A model generated the notes under the pieces. It saw only the letters and a program-made list of their open reading frames with translations. It was not told the DNA's origin and ran no database searches. A DNA stretch of 60,295 nucleotides, filler included, from Sphacelaria rigidula (Eukaryota), in assembly GCA_964200075.2 (NCBI GenBank). It is 8 parts of 8 records of this genome, joined end to end, with 100 filler letters (N's around TTAATTAATTAA, not from the genome) between each part and the next. Parts side by side here need not be neighbours in the genome. Positions count along the whole stretch, not along the records: positions 37,750 to 45,198 come from CAXNAA020014868.1; positions 45,299 to 52,747 come from CAXNAA020014869.1; 6 more parts are not named here. The stretch is one strand, 5' to 3'. The number at the start of each line of letters is the position of its first letter. Position 1 is the first letter of the stretch. The translations under genes were made by a program, and so were the position numbers. Positions 39,703 to 52,430 of this stretch are shown here, piece by piece.

Positions 39703-40315
39703 GGAGAGATATCATGAAAGCTAGGTGTGACCAAGTAGTGAGCTTTTGATAGACTCCTGTGGTAATAGGCGCAGTCTGTAAGGCAGTATTCACGTCACAT
39801 TCCCCTGGTGTGTACTCTCTTGGCGCGTTTTGGCATGCGAACAGAGGTTTGAAGAGAACACCTTTTTCGCCGGCTGGCGGTGAGGATAGTTTTGCACCCC
39901 TTCTTCACAAGTCGCCTGGATGTACTAGGTACCAGAATCGATGATCTCCGAAGATACATCGTTAGTGAGTCCGCGTACTCTGCTTCCCGAACCCACATAA
40001 TGACGTTTTTTTGTGCCGGTTTAATTGGCACGTTATCTGCAATTATCGCGATCCGTGGGCAAAAATTATAACCCAGGACATTCTGGACACCAGGCGGTAA
40101 AGAGATATCTCGCCGTTGTCGCTAATGCGAAGAGGCGGTGAGGCCTTGGCATACATGTGCGGTGATTCCATCCCTTCTGAAGAACAACAATTTTGGACGG
40201 GGAAAACGGACCTAGGTGTAAGACCTAGGTTAACGGCTGGTGTTTGCGAATCACCCAAGTCCAGACTCGAGCATGATGTGGCTGGAATCATCGCGTGACC
40301 GGATATAGGTACCCA

Positions 40316-40509
40316 AAGGGGGGGGGGGGGGGGGGGGGCCTCCTTTTTTTTTTTTCTTTTTGGGTTTGCCCCTTGACCCCCCCCCCCTTTTGAAAGGNNN
40401 NNNNNNNGGGTGTGGGGGGGGGTGGGGGGGGTGTTTTGGGGGGGCGTACTCATTTGTTGCTTGCCTTAGTCGTTTGACCATTGACCACGCATCCCTTTCG
40501 AGACGGAGC
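40316..40509 (-). mobile_element. C-tailed retroposon (short type) with TSD
   Basis: Direct repeat ATAGGTACCCA at 40305-40315 and 40510-40520 flanks the ~66-nt core plus a G/C-homopolymer tract. The tract is poorly assembled and contains Ns. Confidence 0.75.
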
Positions 40510-41540
40510 ATAGGTACCCACAGGGGAAGAAAATCTGTGTGGAGTAGGGTTTGGCTAAATCCGGATTCTAGACACGGCGTAAAACATTCGGGGGCGGGTG
40601 AGAAGCGAGTATGATATGGCTGGAACGATTACCAGAACGGATACCCGTACGTACGGGGAAATACAATCGGTGAACAAAATTCGAACTTTGTAAGTCTCAT
40701 AGAGCTCTTGCCCGTATCATTTCTGATGCGAAGTTGACCGACATAAGACAGTCACCAATCAAGGGTCGATCCTGTTTCACCAGGGTTTGCATATCCGACT
40801 GTCTTCTACCATGCGCTCTACATATCACACCACCACAAAATCTTAACATCGCTTTAGGTGTTTTTGCATTCAACGGCATACGATCACAAGCCGCTGCATT
40901 CACCATTGTTGCACGCCGCCGCTGGAGTTTCGAAAACTTCCCGACGCCTCAGCCGCCGGACTCGACGCGTCATGTACGTCACACGCTGCTCGCCCGAGAT
41001 GGTTTGATGGTCAACGGTACCGAATTGGCGAACATGAATATTAATTGTTATTACTAGGTTAAACGATGCTCTGTTACTGCGACAAAACATGTTGCACGCG
41101 ATCATGTGGCGTACAATATACACCCACAAGGTCACACAGACGCACGCCGGGACACCTGAGTGCATGGATACAGGAAGCGGGACGATTTCCAAGAGAAACT
41201 TACAAAAATTGCAAGCGCGGTGTTTAGCTCGCTTGACTGTACAAACCCAGCTGCCGACAGGGAACCTCGTTGCATTCAGAGTTGAAGTAGGGGCACCGCG
41301 CTCGGTGGTGCATTCTGCGTTGCTGTGTTGCGCTGCACGTTACGCCTAGTGCCGAGCCGCAGCGCAGAGAGATACTCCAGAACGTCGAGACACGGAGGAA
41401 GGATAACTCTGCTAGGATATCCTTGAACTTCCAGTATTGGAACCTGGGTGACGAGGGATATTCTGACTCAACATATCCCTGTCCCGCTACGCCTGGGTGG
41501 GCTGCCTGACACACCAACGGCCAGTTACAGCACGGGACGG

Positions 41541-41613
41541 CATCGCACCGCACCGCACCGCACCGCACCGCACCGCACCGCACCGCACCGCACCGCACCG
41601 CACCGCATCGCAC
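41541..41613. repeat. (GCACC)n pentanucleotide microsatellite
   Basis: Seen directly. It produces the HRTAP and AVRCG ORF repeats. Confidence 0.95.
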
Positions 41614-42449
41614 CATACAGCAAAGCACAGTACAACAGTGCAGCAGAAACCACCAGCGGCCAAGTGCCCGCCTCCACCCCAACTGAATATCAGGAGCTCC
41701 CATTTGGATAGCTGGGTCTGTACAGTCACGAGAGCTCATCACCGCGGTTGCAATTTCGCAAATTCATCCTGACAAAACCTCTGCGTTTCACACTTGGATT
41801 TGAGGGTCGTTTCGCGGATGGGTGAGAGGTCTTCCCAACATGCCTGGGTCGAGGCGCGGAAGGCTTTTCCAAAACGATTTCCATCCCATATCACCCTACA
41901 GTAGCGGCTCGATACTTCCCTTCGGCTGCGATTTCGTACCCATAGTATCCGCACATTCGAGTTGAAGCCATAAAACGTTCGTCTTGGCATACCTGAACTC
42001 TGAATGACGTTTTCAAAATCAAATGGATGGAATAATGACTCATTCCTCCGAGGCTCAGCCGCACGTTTCGTTCAGTTATATCAATCCGACAAGTTTCGTC
42101 GCCATTGTCAACTCCAAGCTGCATTTTTTGTTGTTGTCATTTAGATGTAGAGAGAGCAATGGCAGCAGCAACTTTTTCGGGACCCGCTCGAAACCAACAT
42201 CGCGCCCGATCTTCAACAGATGGGAAAAACCGCATCTTACGGAACAAAATCAATGATGATTTTGAAGAAAAGTGACCCGCACAATTTTGAATTTAGTCAG
42301 GGGGACAACATCGGATCAAAATGGTTACCCAATCTCAAACGCCCCACCAAAATTGACAAGCTATTCAAAATTGAGAATAAAACGAAAATATGGGGCATGA
42401 CACTGCTTTACTTCACTGCAGCACAGCCACAACCACGCCCTCTCTGATG

Positions 42450-42760
42450 CGTTGCTGTAGCTGTGGTGTACTGTGTTTGGAGCTTGCGAAGACGGTTTGG
42501 TCTCCGCTGGGGTTGTCTGCGCCGTGCTTATGTCTTCCGCTCTATACGAAACACTAGCAGTCGGCACGCCTTGTCGTCTTGTCAAAGTTGGAATTGTCAG
42601 GATGTGTTTGTCGGACGTTGTGTCTGCCGCAATGAACAAGTCGCTTCGTGCCCAGACCCATCATTCCTGTGCTGTAGCTGACACGGTGGTGTGGTGCGCT
42701 CGAATCCTGCGAGCACGGTCCGATCCGCGTTGGAGGTTGCCTGAACTGCTGCACGGTTGT
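42450..42760 (+). repeat. Dispersed repeat, homologous to ~50360-50690
   Basis: Shared GCTGTAGCTGT, TTGCGAAGACG.TTTGGTCTCCGCTGGG, CTCTATA.GAAA and GTCGGCACGC. Confidence 0.7.
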
Positions 42761-44894
42761 CGCGGTCGGTACGACAGTTGTAGTCGGCGCACAGTCCTCT
42801 CTACACGCTGTTGAAAGCGTCATGGTGTGTTAGCTGTTGCGTCTTCTGTAAAACGAATAAGACGCTTTGTGCCTACATCAATCCTTTATATGCTGTACTT
42901 GTCACTGTACTGTGGTGTTTTTGAACCCTGCGAGGACGTTTGGATCTGTGGTGGACACTGCCTGAGCTGTTAAACTGCTGCCGTGTTCCAGACGTCCAGA
43001 ACTCGGGTGAGAACATAGAGATGTCTTATCTACACAAAGTTAAAAAAAAGTAACGTGATGGACGGGTGATCGTTGTATCTTCTTTGGGTGCTGCTGTCCG
43101 GGAGGTGTAAAACTCTCCATTTCCGATTTCGCGCCGTGATAAATGTTTGAGCGACCCGAAGGGCTTCCAGACGTGTGGCGAATATCTGGCGCTCCTAGAC
43201 GTCCTCAAGGGTTGCAAGAGCCCGTGGTGTCAACCAGGTGATCAGTGAAGGCATTGTCTGGAACGTAGGATCTGCGGCAGGTGGGCCTGAAACTCCGTCC
43301 CCAGGGGGTTCGTGTTCAATCTACCATCTACGGCAGATTTCGTCCGAGAACGCAAAATCGATTTAGCGTGCAGCAGAAGACGATGGCTGCCCAACACAGG
43401 GGGGCTCCCGAATCATCTTGCGTGCGCAAAGATGCGTTAAGTGGCGTGAGGTTTGCACTGTGGGCTGAGACCAGCTGTTGGGAATCTACTGATTAAGCGG
43501 TTACTCAACGAGTGACACATGTCAATAAAACGACACTTTTTCTTTCTTCGCCGAGAGAGACCCAGTCTCTCATCAGAGCTTCGGAATACCCACCGCCGAA
43601 CAATCAGAATATGCTGTACAGTTCATAGGAACTAGTGGAAAAGCACGCAAGAATTTGGCGAAAATTCTTGGGCCGGCGTTTTCAACCGTTTTTGAAAATC
43701 AGCACAGCTTTCTCTATACAGAAAATTCTCACTAGGGCGTCTCGACCGTACAGGACAAAACCCCTGTCCATCTGGTGTGACTGCAAACAAGACTCCCTCG
43801 GCTGATGCTTCCAATGATCAACACCTCCACACGCGCCGGCCGTACTGAACAGCTGTGTGCGCCCGCCGTGGAGGTATTGATTTCGAAAGGGAACGAACCG
43901 TCACGGCAATACATTCGCTCGCCTTTGAGATACTACAAAAAAGAATGGAAAATGAAGGGACTACAACAGAGACCACGAGGCTGGCCCCTCTAGCCGTCCA
44001 ATCAAAGACGGTCGCTAGCTCCGACTTCCCAACCTGATCCGGTTCGTACCGCGCATAATTTTTTCTCAAAATACTGTAGCGATGTTTTTGCCTCGCCCTC
44101 GCAGAGCTCGTGGGTGACAGATCATGCCCAAATAGTCTGAATCCCTGTAGCTTCCACGGCACTTTGTTCTTCTGACGAGCTTGATACCTGAGGCCATGCT
44201 GCAGTGGTTGGCCGTTGTTATCCCGTGTTTAGTCTTCCCTTCCCTCCTTTATTTCCTTACTTGTCATTTTGGACATCGTTTTGATTGTTTCATCGCCCGA
44301 CCGTTCATATTCTCATATCATCTCTTTTTTTCCCCTTTCCCCTCGCTTTTCCCCCCTGTTTTGTTTTTCTCTGCGGTTCAATCTTTCCTCATCATCCCTC
44401 TTTCTCGAGTTGCCTTTAATTAGTGTTTCCGTTAAGTTTACCTCGGGTGCGTCTACATTGTGACCACGGCTGGTTCCCTCAAGGGTCAGTCAAGGTGCGG
44501 CCATCTGTTGTAACAATCTCTCAAAAACCGTAACGCAGCAACAGCAACGGCAAGATTCGCACTGCCTCGGTCACCCCATCGATGGCTACCGCGAGCGATG
44601 AATAGTTCGCGCGAACGTAAGCTCTGCAAGTGTTTTTTTATCACGTACTGGCGCGCTTTCATACCGCGGGAACCCCGTCACAAACCCTGCAGCAGCTGTG
44701 GACAACCATCAGAAAGCGCGCTCGATGGTGGTCGCTATTCAGCGTAGATACATATTGTGTAGTGGTGAAAACCTCAAACAAAACGTTTTTCGATTTACAG
44801 CGATTTTTCCACGTTTTTCGGTTACCACGATTCATCACGGTTTCTGTTAGTATCTCAAACTTTGGGAATCGAGACGAATGAGTACTCGACTCCG

Positions 44895-45085
44895 AGGTTT
44901 CGAGAAAAAAGGTAATCTATGATCAATTTTGAACGAGATACGGGCTCACCGGTCTTTGAGGATCCTACTAGCTTACAGCTCCCAGTTCTCACTCTTTGAT
45001 ACATTCGCTGGTTTTGAGAAAAAATGTAAGTTGCGATCAATTTTGAACGAAACACGGGCTCACCGGTCTTTGGGGGTCCTACGAT
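44895..45085 (+). repeat. ~114-bp-period tandem duplication
   Basis: GATCAATTTTGAACGA.A.ACGGGCTCACCGGTCTTTG.GG.TCCTAC at 44921 and 45035. Confidence 0.8.
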
Positions 45086-45474
45086 TTTTTAAGGTTTATT
45101 TTTATTCATTTATTTCCTCCGTTCCCCGTCCTCCGACGAAGGTCATGACCGGTCTTGTCGGTACGGCGTGGAGAGGGTCTTTTCGGCGGGTGTAGGGCNN
45201 NNNNNNNNNNNNNNNNNNNNNNNNNNNNNNNNNNNNNNNNNNTTAATTAATTAANNNNNNNNNNNNNNNNNNNNNNNNNNNNNNNNNNNNNNNNNNNNAA
45301 GGTCCCCCCACTAAGGCCCACCCCCCCCCCCCCCGCCCCCCCCCCCCCCCCTAACCCCCCGCCGCGGGTGGGGGTGGGTGGGGGGCGGGGGGCATGGACT
45401 CCGACTCCTGTGAGAAAACTTACGAGCCGCCCCGGGAACCAGGACTTTGAGCACCAGAAATAATTAAATACTTG

Positions 45475-45823
45475 TGTGTGTTGTCGTCCCATCCATTCTG
45501 GGCGCCAGTCTGCACCTTTTGGTATATGTGGGCGCACCAGCCGGGATCACACAGGAGGAAGGTCAACACAGGAGTTTCTTCTTTTTTGTTTGCTTTTAGT
45601 ATCCCACCTTCCTTATGCAGTGCTTGCCTTCATGATTTATCGCGAGAGGGGTTCAGCAGTCCCTTTCCCTCGTCGACCGTTCACTCGAGCTTTGTGTACC
45701 CACGACATAGTCGCTCTCCACTGTTGGGCATGTGAGAAAGAATGCTAGATCGTTCCAGGAATTGAACTCCCCTACTCAACCGTCAGAAGGTTTCGAGGTT
45801 ACCAACTGAGCCACCGGAGCGAC
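45475..45823 (-). mobile_element. tRNA-derived SINE, family 1 copy
   Basis: Full match to 150-515. Flanked by TACTTG on both sides. Confidence 0.88.
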
Positions 45824-46852
45824 TACTTGCAGTACAGAACTCAAGCATTCCTTCATCAAACTCTTGCCGTGCTCGGTGGTACGGCTCGGGACTGTGTTGT
45901 ACTGTCCTGACTGGTGGGGGCAAGGTTGAGTCACAACATCCCTAACAGCGTATAAGGGAAATTGTCCGCTTTTCCTATCGAAGGCAAAACGAAAAAATGA
46001 TGCAAATGTGATTAACGGTGACAACACACCAACAGATTATGGATTCCCAGCGGGGTGATAATCACGCGCGAGGTGCATTGGCATCGTCACACGGTCGAGA
46101 CGAAAAGCAGCAGGTGCAGTAGCTTCACCAGCAGCAGCAGTACACGGTTGGGTATGGGGCTGAATCAGCAGGTACTGATCCTGCTGCTGCTGCCCATCTT
46201 CCACGTGCGAGATACGGTTCGCGTTTCGACCGTACGACAGTGCCAAAGCACCTTGCGCGTGATTGCCGCCCTGCTAGGAATCCCTACCCAAACTAGACCC
46301 AGATGGGTCCATGCTTGCTCACTCGGCGAAGTGCTGGGAGATATAGCTGTGCACGTCTCTTCTTTGTCCCGTTTATCTCGGGCGTGTCGTCCTCGGTGTG
46401 ATCATGGACTGAACAGCCCACGCTTGGCAACCATCCTACTTTCTCTTTCGCACTTTCATTGGATTGGTGCTCCGCTCCCACAAATATCAATTCAAAAATG
46501 ATTATACTCTTATGAGGACGTGTCTCAGCACTAAAATATCGTTCGAAAAGGTGCAGCGGAAATGCAGTTCTCGTATCTGATACGTCCACGGCATTCGTAT
46601 TCCCAGAAATTTTCAAGTCTTGTTTAAAACTACTCGCCAGCAACCGGCACGGTGAAGAACGGAAAAGCTCAGGCGGTGTCTCATCGTCATCAGAAAAAAG
46701 AAAAAAAAAGCGTACAATGAAACAAGCGTCCAAAAGCATCTTGATCATGTCGATTAGTCTCCGTAACCATAAATCTACCCGGTGGTCGATCCACCGATCA
46801 GCATGATACTTTTGGACGCTTGTTTCGTTCATCGCTTCGTGTTTTGTCTCAG

Positions 46853-48368
46853 TGAGACAGGGCCTTAGCTTTTTCGATCCATAATATGCGGCGGAAAAGA
46901 ACAAAAAGGCACTTGACTCCTATCTTGCAGACCACCACGCCAGGTATCCCCTGTTCACAGAACCACGCAAGCCCCCACACAAGCGACTCTTGACTATTCC
47001 CGTAACCCTGCAGCATACAGGACGAGTTGAGCACAGGGGTACATACACTGCAGTAAAGTAGTTAGAAACAGGCACTATCAGCCTCTTGGCATGACGTGTT
47101 TTGTTCTTGTTGGCGAAAACTATAGCATCTTGAGACCTGTCTTAGCACATTGTTCTTCGATAGATCGAAAAAAAAGTGCGGTGGAATTCATTTGAGCGAA
47201 AGCATTCGTCTTTCGCTGGTTGGATGCAAGCAAATTTCTGAGCTTTCGATCGAAAAAAGACGGGGACATTCATGAAGCGATACTTGTTCGCTTGTCTACA
47301 GTACAGACAGTACTGTTCTGTACACCGTGCTGTCTGTATGCTGTGTGTCTTGAGTGTGTGCGCGTGTTTCGTCCAGTAGGGTGTGGTATGAAAAAGATGT
47401 GGGCAGCGTGCAGTACAGGCAGCACAGGACTATCTATACTCTCCGCACACAATGCCACGTGAAAAGGACTTCAACAACGTGCAGTTTTGTACTGCCTGCA
47501 CTGTCCATGAGCGAATACACAAGTCGGTCGCCCACCCTACCATAAAAGAAGATGCTCAAGTTTTCGCCAACAAAAATAACGCCATCATGTACAACCACTG
47601 CAGGGTAAATATCCCGATGCTCCACTCGTGCTCTATGCTGCAAAGTTGTGGTGGTGGTGGTGGCTGAGAATGAAATGTTTCGGGTGAGCACGGCTCTGTG
47701 GATAGGTGGTATCTGGCGTGGTAGTCTGCAAGATAGGAGGCAAGTGCCCTTTGTACCTTTCCACCGCATGTTTTCAATCGAAACAGCTTAGCTTGGGCTT
47801 ATTCCTCGTCCCGCCCGCGCGCCACCAATTACAAACAATAGTTGAACCCAACTAGGAACATACATGTCGTGGATCTATCAGATAGATCATTTCCTTTTCC
47901 ACCGCACATCTTCGATCTAAACAAAATGTGCGATCGAAAAAAATGTACCAAGACACGCTCTTATTTTATGGTAGAGTGGGCGACCGAATTGCGTACGTCG
48001 TACCCGCTGATGGACAGTACAGGCAGCACGAACCTGCACGCTGTTCCTTTCATTTTCACATTCTGAAACACTTTGTGCAGAGTATAGCGACAGCCCTGTG
48101 CTATCTGTACTGCACGTTGCCCGCTTCTTTCTCACATCCTAACGTACAAAACAGATGATATTTGCACCTAGGGGAGGCAGTAAGTACTGTACTGACTGTA
48201 GTGATTAGAAGTAAACAAGTGCCGCTTCACGAACTCCGTTGTCCTTTTTCGATCGAAAGCATGCACATTCACTCGGATCCAAGCCGTCCAAAACGACAGA
48301 CTAATTCGATCGAATCAATTGAGCCGCACTTTTTCGTCCGAATGAAAGCAAATTTGATCGTGTCTTAG
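46853..48368. mobile_element. Cluster of three fragments of a ~700-bp repeat family in alternating orientation
   Basis: 46853-47130 (-), 47140-47830 (+) and 47955-48368 (-) align with 49255-49975 (-) and 51719-52430 (+). Shared motifs TTTCGATCGAAA, GGTCGCCCAC and AAGATAGGAG. Boundaries approximate. Confidence 0.75.
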
Positions 48369-48390
48369 ATCACCTTTAATGGGAACCAAT

Positions 48391-48685
48391 CTGTATTAGT
48401 ATAAATATGAGGTTTTCGGCCCGTCTACAGACGATTTCCTCTCATGGATTGATTTTTCTGACCCCAGTCAGTTGGGCAATATTGAGCGCAGATGCGGGAG
48501 TGTCCCGATTCGAGCAGAAAAGTGATACACCAAAAAAAGTAAACGTCTAGAGAACCGGAGAATTGATCTGGTTTTTTCACAGCTAGCCGAAAAGTTTTGC
48601 CCAACTGACTGGGGTCCGAAACAACAATCAACAGGGGAAAACTGCCTGTAGACGGGCTGAAAACCTCATATTTGTACAAATACAG
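48391..48685. mobile_element. MITE with ~90-bp inverted arms
   Basis: CTGTATTAGTATAAATATGAGGTTTTCGGCCCGTCTACAG / CTGTAGACGGGCTGAAAACCTCATATTTGTACAAATACAG. AT on both flanks. Confidence 0.85.
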
Positions 48686-48834
48686 ATGGATTATTATCAA
48701 AGGTGGTGTAAGCAATTTACGTTTTCAATGGAAAACGTGGGGCGGAGAAGTAAAATTGAAAAATCCGATCTGATAGGTCGTCATTCATGTCTACGTCATT
48801 CATGTCGAAATGACCACCTATGAGATACTGTAGG

Positions 48835-49032
48835 AATTTTTCACACCCTGGACAGTGACAGTGTATGGGCAATAGTTGCACTAGACAAAAAATGTACAGC
48901 GTAAAGTATAGGCCTATTGCAACTATCGTCGCTTAAGATGACCAACACTTGCAATAGACAAAAAATGTACTCCGTGAAGTCTAAGCCTATTGCAACTATG
49001 GGTCACCACATGTTGTCCAGCGTGCGAAATTT
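48835..49032. mobile_element. Small TIR element with an internal tandem duplication
   Basis: TTTCACACCCTGGACA / TGTCCAGCGTGCGAAA. The internal TTGCA.TAGACAAAAAATGTAC...GCCTATTGCAACTAT occurs twice. Confidence 0.65.
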
Positions 49033-49254
49033 CTTCTTGCCCACCGCACTTTCCAGATCGAACAGCAATGCGCTAGGACACGCCCTGAGACTGATTTCGA
49101 TGGCGATGAGAATAGATCATCAGCCCTCAGGTCGTGCCTTATCATCTTTTCGACTCGAAACCATCCGGTCGAATCAAATTGGTCGTAATTAGCTCGTATT
49201 TCATACTTTCACGACATTTATGTTTTGAGATGACTTCAAGTTAATTAAAAAAAT

Positions 49255-49975
49255 AGTTGCGCGCGACGGGCAGAGTGAAAAGCAGAAAAGCTTAGCTTTT
49301 TCAGTTGAAACAAGCTGCGGGAATGAACGAAGGGGCACATGACTCCTATCTTGCAGACAACCATGCCAGATACCACCCTTTCAGAGAACTATGCGAAACC
49401 CACATGGATCATTCGCAGCTATCAAGTCAACCCTGCAGCATAAATCAAGAACTGAGCAAAGGGATACATACACTGCAGTGATAGGGAACTGACACCACCA
49501 CCCTCTTGGCATGGTGTGTTTCTTTTTTGTTGGCGAAAACCTGGGCATCTCATTTCGTGGTGGGGTCTACCGACCGAGTTACGTGTTGGGGTGGGCAACC
49601 GAGTTGCTAACACGCTCATGGAGAGTAGAGGCAACACAAAACTGCACGCGGTTCAAATCTTCTTCAAATCTTCCTGTAAGCAGAGAGTACAGACAGCTCT
49701 CGTGTCTGCTGTCCGTAAGCGATGTCATATTAACTGCTTCTTTTGCACATTGCGCCTCCTTGCTGTACGAAACACACACTATGCAGACAGTCAGTACTGC
49801 CTGTGCTGTTGTCTTCATTGAACACAAGTGAACAAGTACCGCTTCACGAATTTCGCTTCGATCGTTCGATCCAACGCGTGAGAATTCGGTCTGGCCCACA
49901 CACAGCAAAACGAATTGAATTGATTCTGCCGCACCAACTCGTTCGAGTCGAAAAAAACTGATGGGACACGGCCTC
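49255..49975 (-). mobile_element. ~700-bp repeat family copy
   Basis: Reverse complement aligns with 47140-47830 and 51719-52430. Confidence 0.7.
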
Positions 49976-51312
49976 AACCAATCGCAAGCATAAAAAAACA
50001 AACACGTGAACCGCCAGAATCATTTTATTGTCACAATGCATTCTCGCTTTCTTTGTCTCGACAAGAAGGGGTCTACAGTCTACACTATTCGATTTTTCGA
50101 TTTTCCATATCGTGCTCACATATCTTCAGGTCCAGCTGGATTCTTGTTCAGACGTCATTTTCGATACATCGGCTCACCTCCCACAGATGGGGGTGACTCG
50201 AAGTAAATTGAAAAAATTTCGCGCGAAGCACGATTATGGACGAGCGTTTGAAATCGACTCTCGGCAAAAATTGAGGGCCCGTCTAAAATCAGGGGAAGAA
50301 CTGTCACATGGGACATGTCCTCCTTCACTGTGCAGCAGCACAAACACACTTACGCCCTCTCATGTGCTGTAGCTGTCACCATGCTGTGATGTGTTGAGAC
50401 CTTTGCGAAGACGTTTGGTCTCCGCTGGGACTGCCGGAGCTGCTGTATTGTCAGTGTTCGTCCGTCTCTATAGAAAATAATGTTGGTCGGCACGCAGTGC
50501 TGTCTACACACACCCCGCCGTTGAAATTTTTATGTGTGTTGGCTGTTTCGCCTTCCGTCAAACAAACAAGGGTCTTCCCACACCCATCATGTCTATGCTG
50601 TAGTCAACACTGCTGTTGTGCATTTGAACACTCCACGACGAACATGGCGTCATGTGCGCTGGAGAGTGCCTGAACAGCTGACTGCTGTATGCCGTATTTT
50701 GGTGTGCGCATAATTGGGGTGGGATTAAAGTGCTGTCTATCAAAGTTGAAACAACCACATGACGACTGTGCAGCTGTCCGCTGCGTCTTCTTTGGTACTT
50801 CAGTGGTGATCGGGTGCTGTGATCGAGGAAGGCATGCAAGGCGGGTGCGTGCAGGTTGGGGCAAATAAACTGAGCCAAGACGGAGCTACTGTATCCTCAG
50901 CGATTGATGGTTGCAGCTGTCTGTTTCGCAGAGGCGCAATCAATCAAAGCTACCTTGCCACTCATACGCCATTCGTTTCTCTCGTCTGATTGGAGACAGG
51001 TAGCCGCATTTTGGTACATTGAAAGGCTTTGATTGGTCGAAAAACGTTGCCTTTCACATTTCTTGCCCTTATCTGTAGGCCCTGTGCCGAAACATCGGGG
51101 CCAAGCGAACCGGAAAAGTGGGCTTGACTCCTCTCGGTGGGGTGATGGAAAGTGTCCAAGACTATATGATGTGGTGATGTATCCTGTTTGAGGGATACGA
51201 ACTGGGCCGAATGTCCCAAACTGAAAAATCCAGCCGAAAAAAAAAATGAGAAACGGCCTGAGCATACCTGTATCGTCATCAGAACAAACACCATATAATC
51301 AACTGTCAGCAA

Positions 51313-51530
51313 GTCGGTCACCACGGTAGCTCAGTTGGCAATCTCGAAACTTTCTGACGGCTGGGACATGGGTTTGAAGCTCGGTGAAGTCCAACGATGT
51401 GGGATTTTTTCTCACATCATACCCAACAGTAGGGGAGAGCGACTATGTCGTGGGTACACAAAATTCAAAATTCGAGTTCACGTCCGACCAGGGAAAAGGG
51501 ACCCCCGAACTCTTCTAGCAAAAAGAATTA
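51313..51530 (+). mobile_element. tRNA-derived SINE family 1, 5' half
   Basis: GGTAGCTCAGTTGG A box, and GAGAGCGACTATGTCGTGGGTACACAAAATTC shared with other copies. The 3' half is missing. Confidence 0.75.
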
Positions 51531-51718
51531 CCCCCTACTGTAGACGGCGAGAGAAGTCCATCTGTTGAATCGGCATCAATCCACTTGAAAAAAACATCTA
51601 TGATCCAGATGGACTACCCTCGGGGTCTCAGGGTTGATCAGTCGCCGGAACCCCCGCACTGATCAACATGCTGCTCTTGGACGCTTATTCCTTTTGCCGT
51701 TTTTTTCTTCTATCTTGA

Positions 51719-52430
51719 TAAGACACGGCCCGAGGGCGTATCTTGGAATTTTTTTTTCGATCGAAAAAATGGGGCGGTGGAATTGAACTGAGCGAAATTC
51801 GCTTATTCTTATCGAGTTGGGCCCAAGCGAAATTCGTGAAGCGGAACATGGTCCCTCGTGTACAGGACAGACAGTCTGTACTATTTGCACTGCTTGCAAG
51901 CAGTGTCGTGAGTGCGTGTGTGCGTGTTTCGTACAGTAGGATTTCAAAGAAAAGCGGGCAACGTGTAGTGCAGACAGCCCAGGACTATCAGTTCTCTCTG
52001 CTTACCCTGCGACGTGAAAAGGGCTCAAGCAAAGTGCAGCTTTGTACTACTCATGAGCATGCACGCAACTCGGTTGCCCACCGTACCACGCAGTTTCGTC
52101 GCTGATCCCTACCATGAAAGATGCGCAATTGCTCGTCATAAAAAAATAAACAACGCACACCCAACTACTGCAGTGTATCTATCCCTGGTCTCGACTCATA
52201 CTCTATGCTGCAGGTTTGGGGTGGTAGCTGAGAATGAGTTGGATGGAGTTTGCATAGATCTGTGAACAGGTGCTATCTGGCGCGGTGGTCTGTGTTATCT
52301 AGTATGATGATCTATAAGATAGGAGTCGAGTGCTGCTTCGTGCCTTTCGACCGCAGGTTTTCGATCGAAAATACTTCGAGATAGTTATTTTTTGTGACAA
52401 TTAGCTGTTCTCCGCGCGCCACTACGAGCT
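51719..52430 (+). mobile_element. ~700-bp repeat family copy
   Basis: Starts TAAGACACGGCCC and aligns with 47140-47830. Confidence 0.7.

Noticed and set aside
40316..40440. G-quadruplex or structured G/C tract
   Set aside because: It contains Ns and mixed homopolymers typical of low-quality reads, so the true sequence is uncertain.
41224..41772. HRTAP/AVRCG repeat proteins
   Set aside because: They are translations of a (GCACC)n microsatellite.
41739..42124. Restriction-like endonuclease domain of a retrotransposon
   Set aside because: The resemblance was only superficial (RIDI...). No Zn knuckle or consistent frame.
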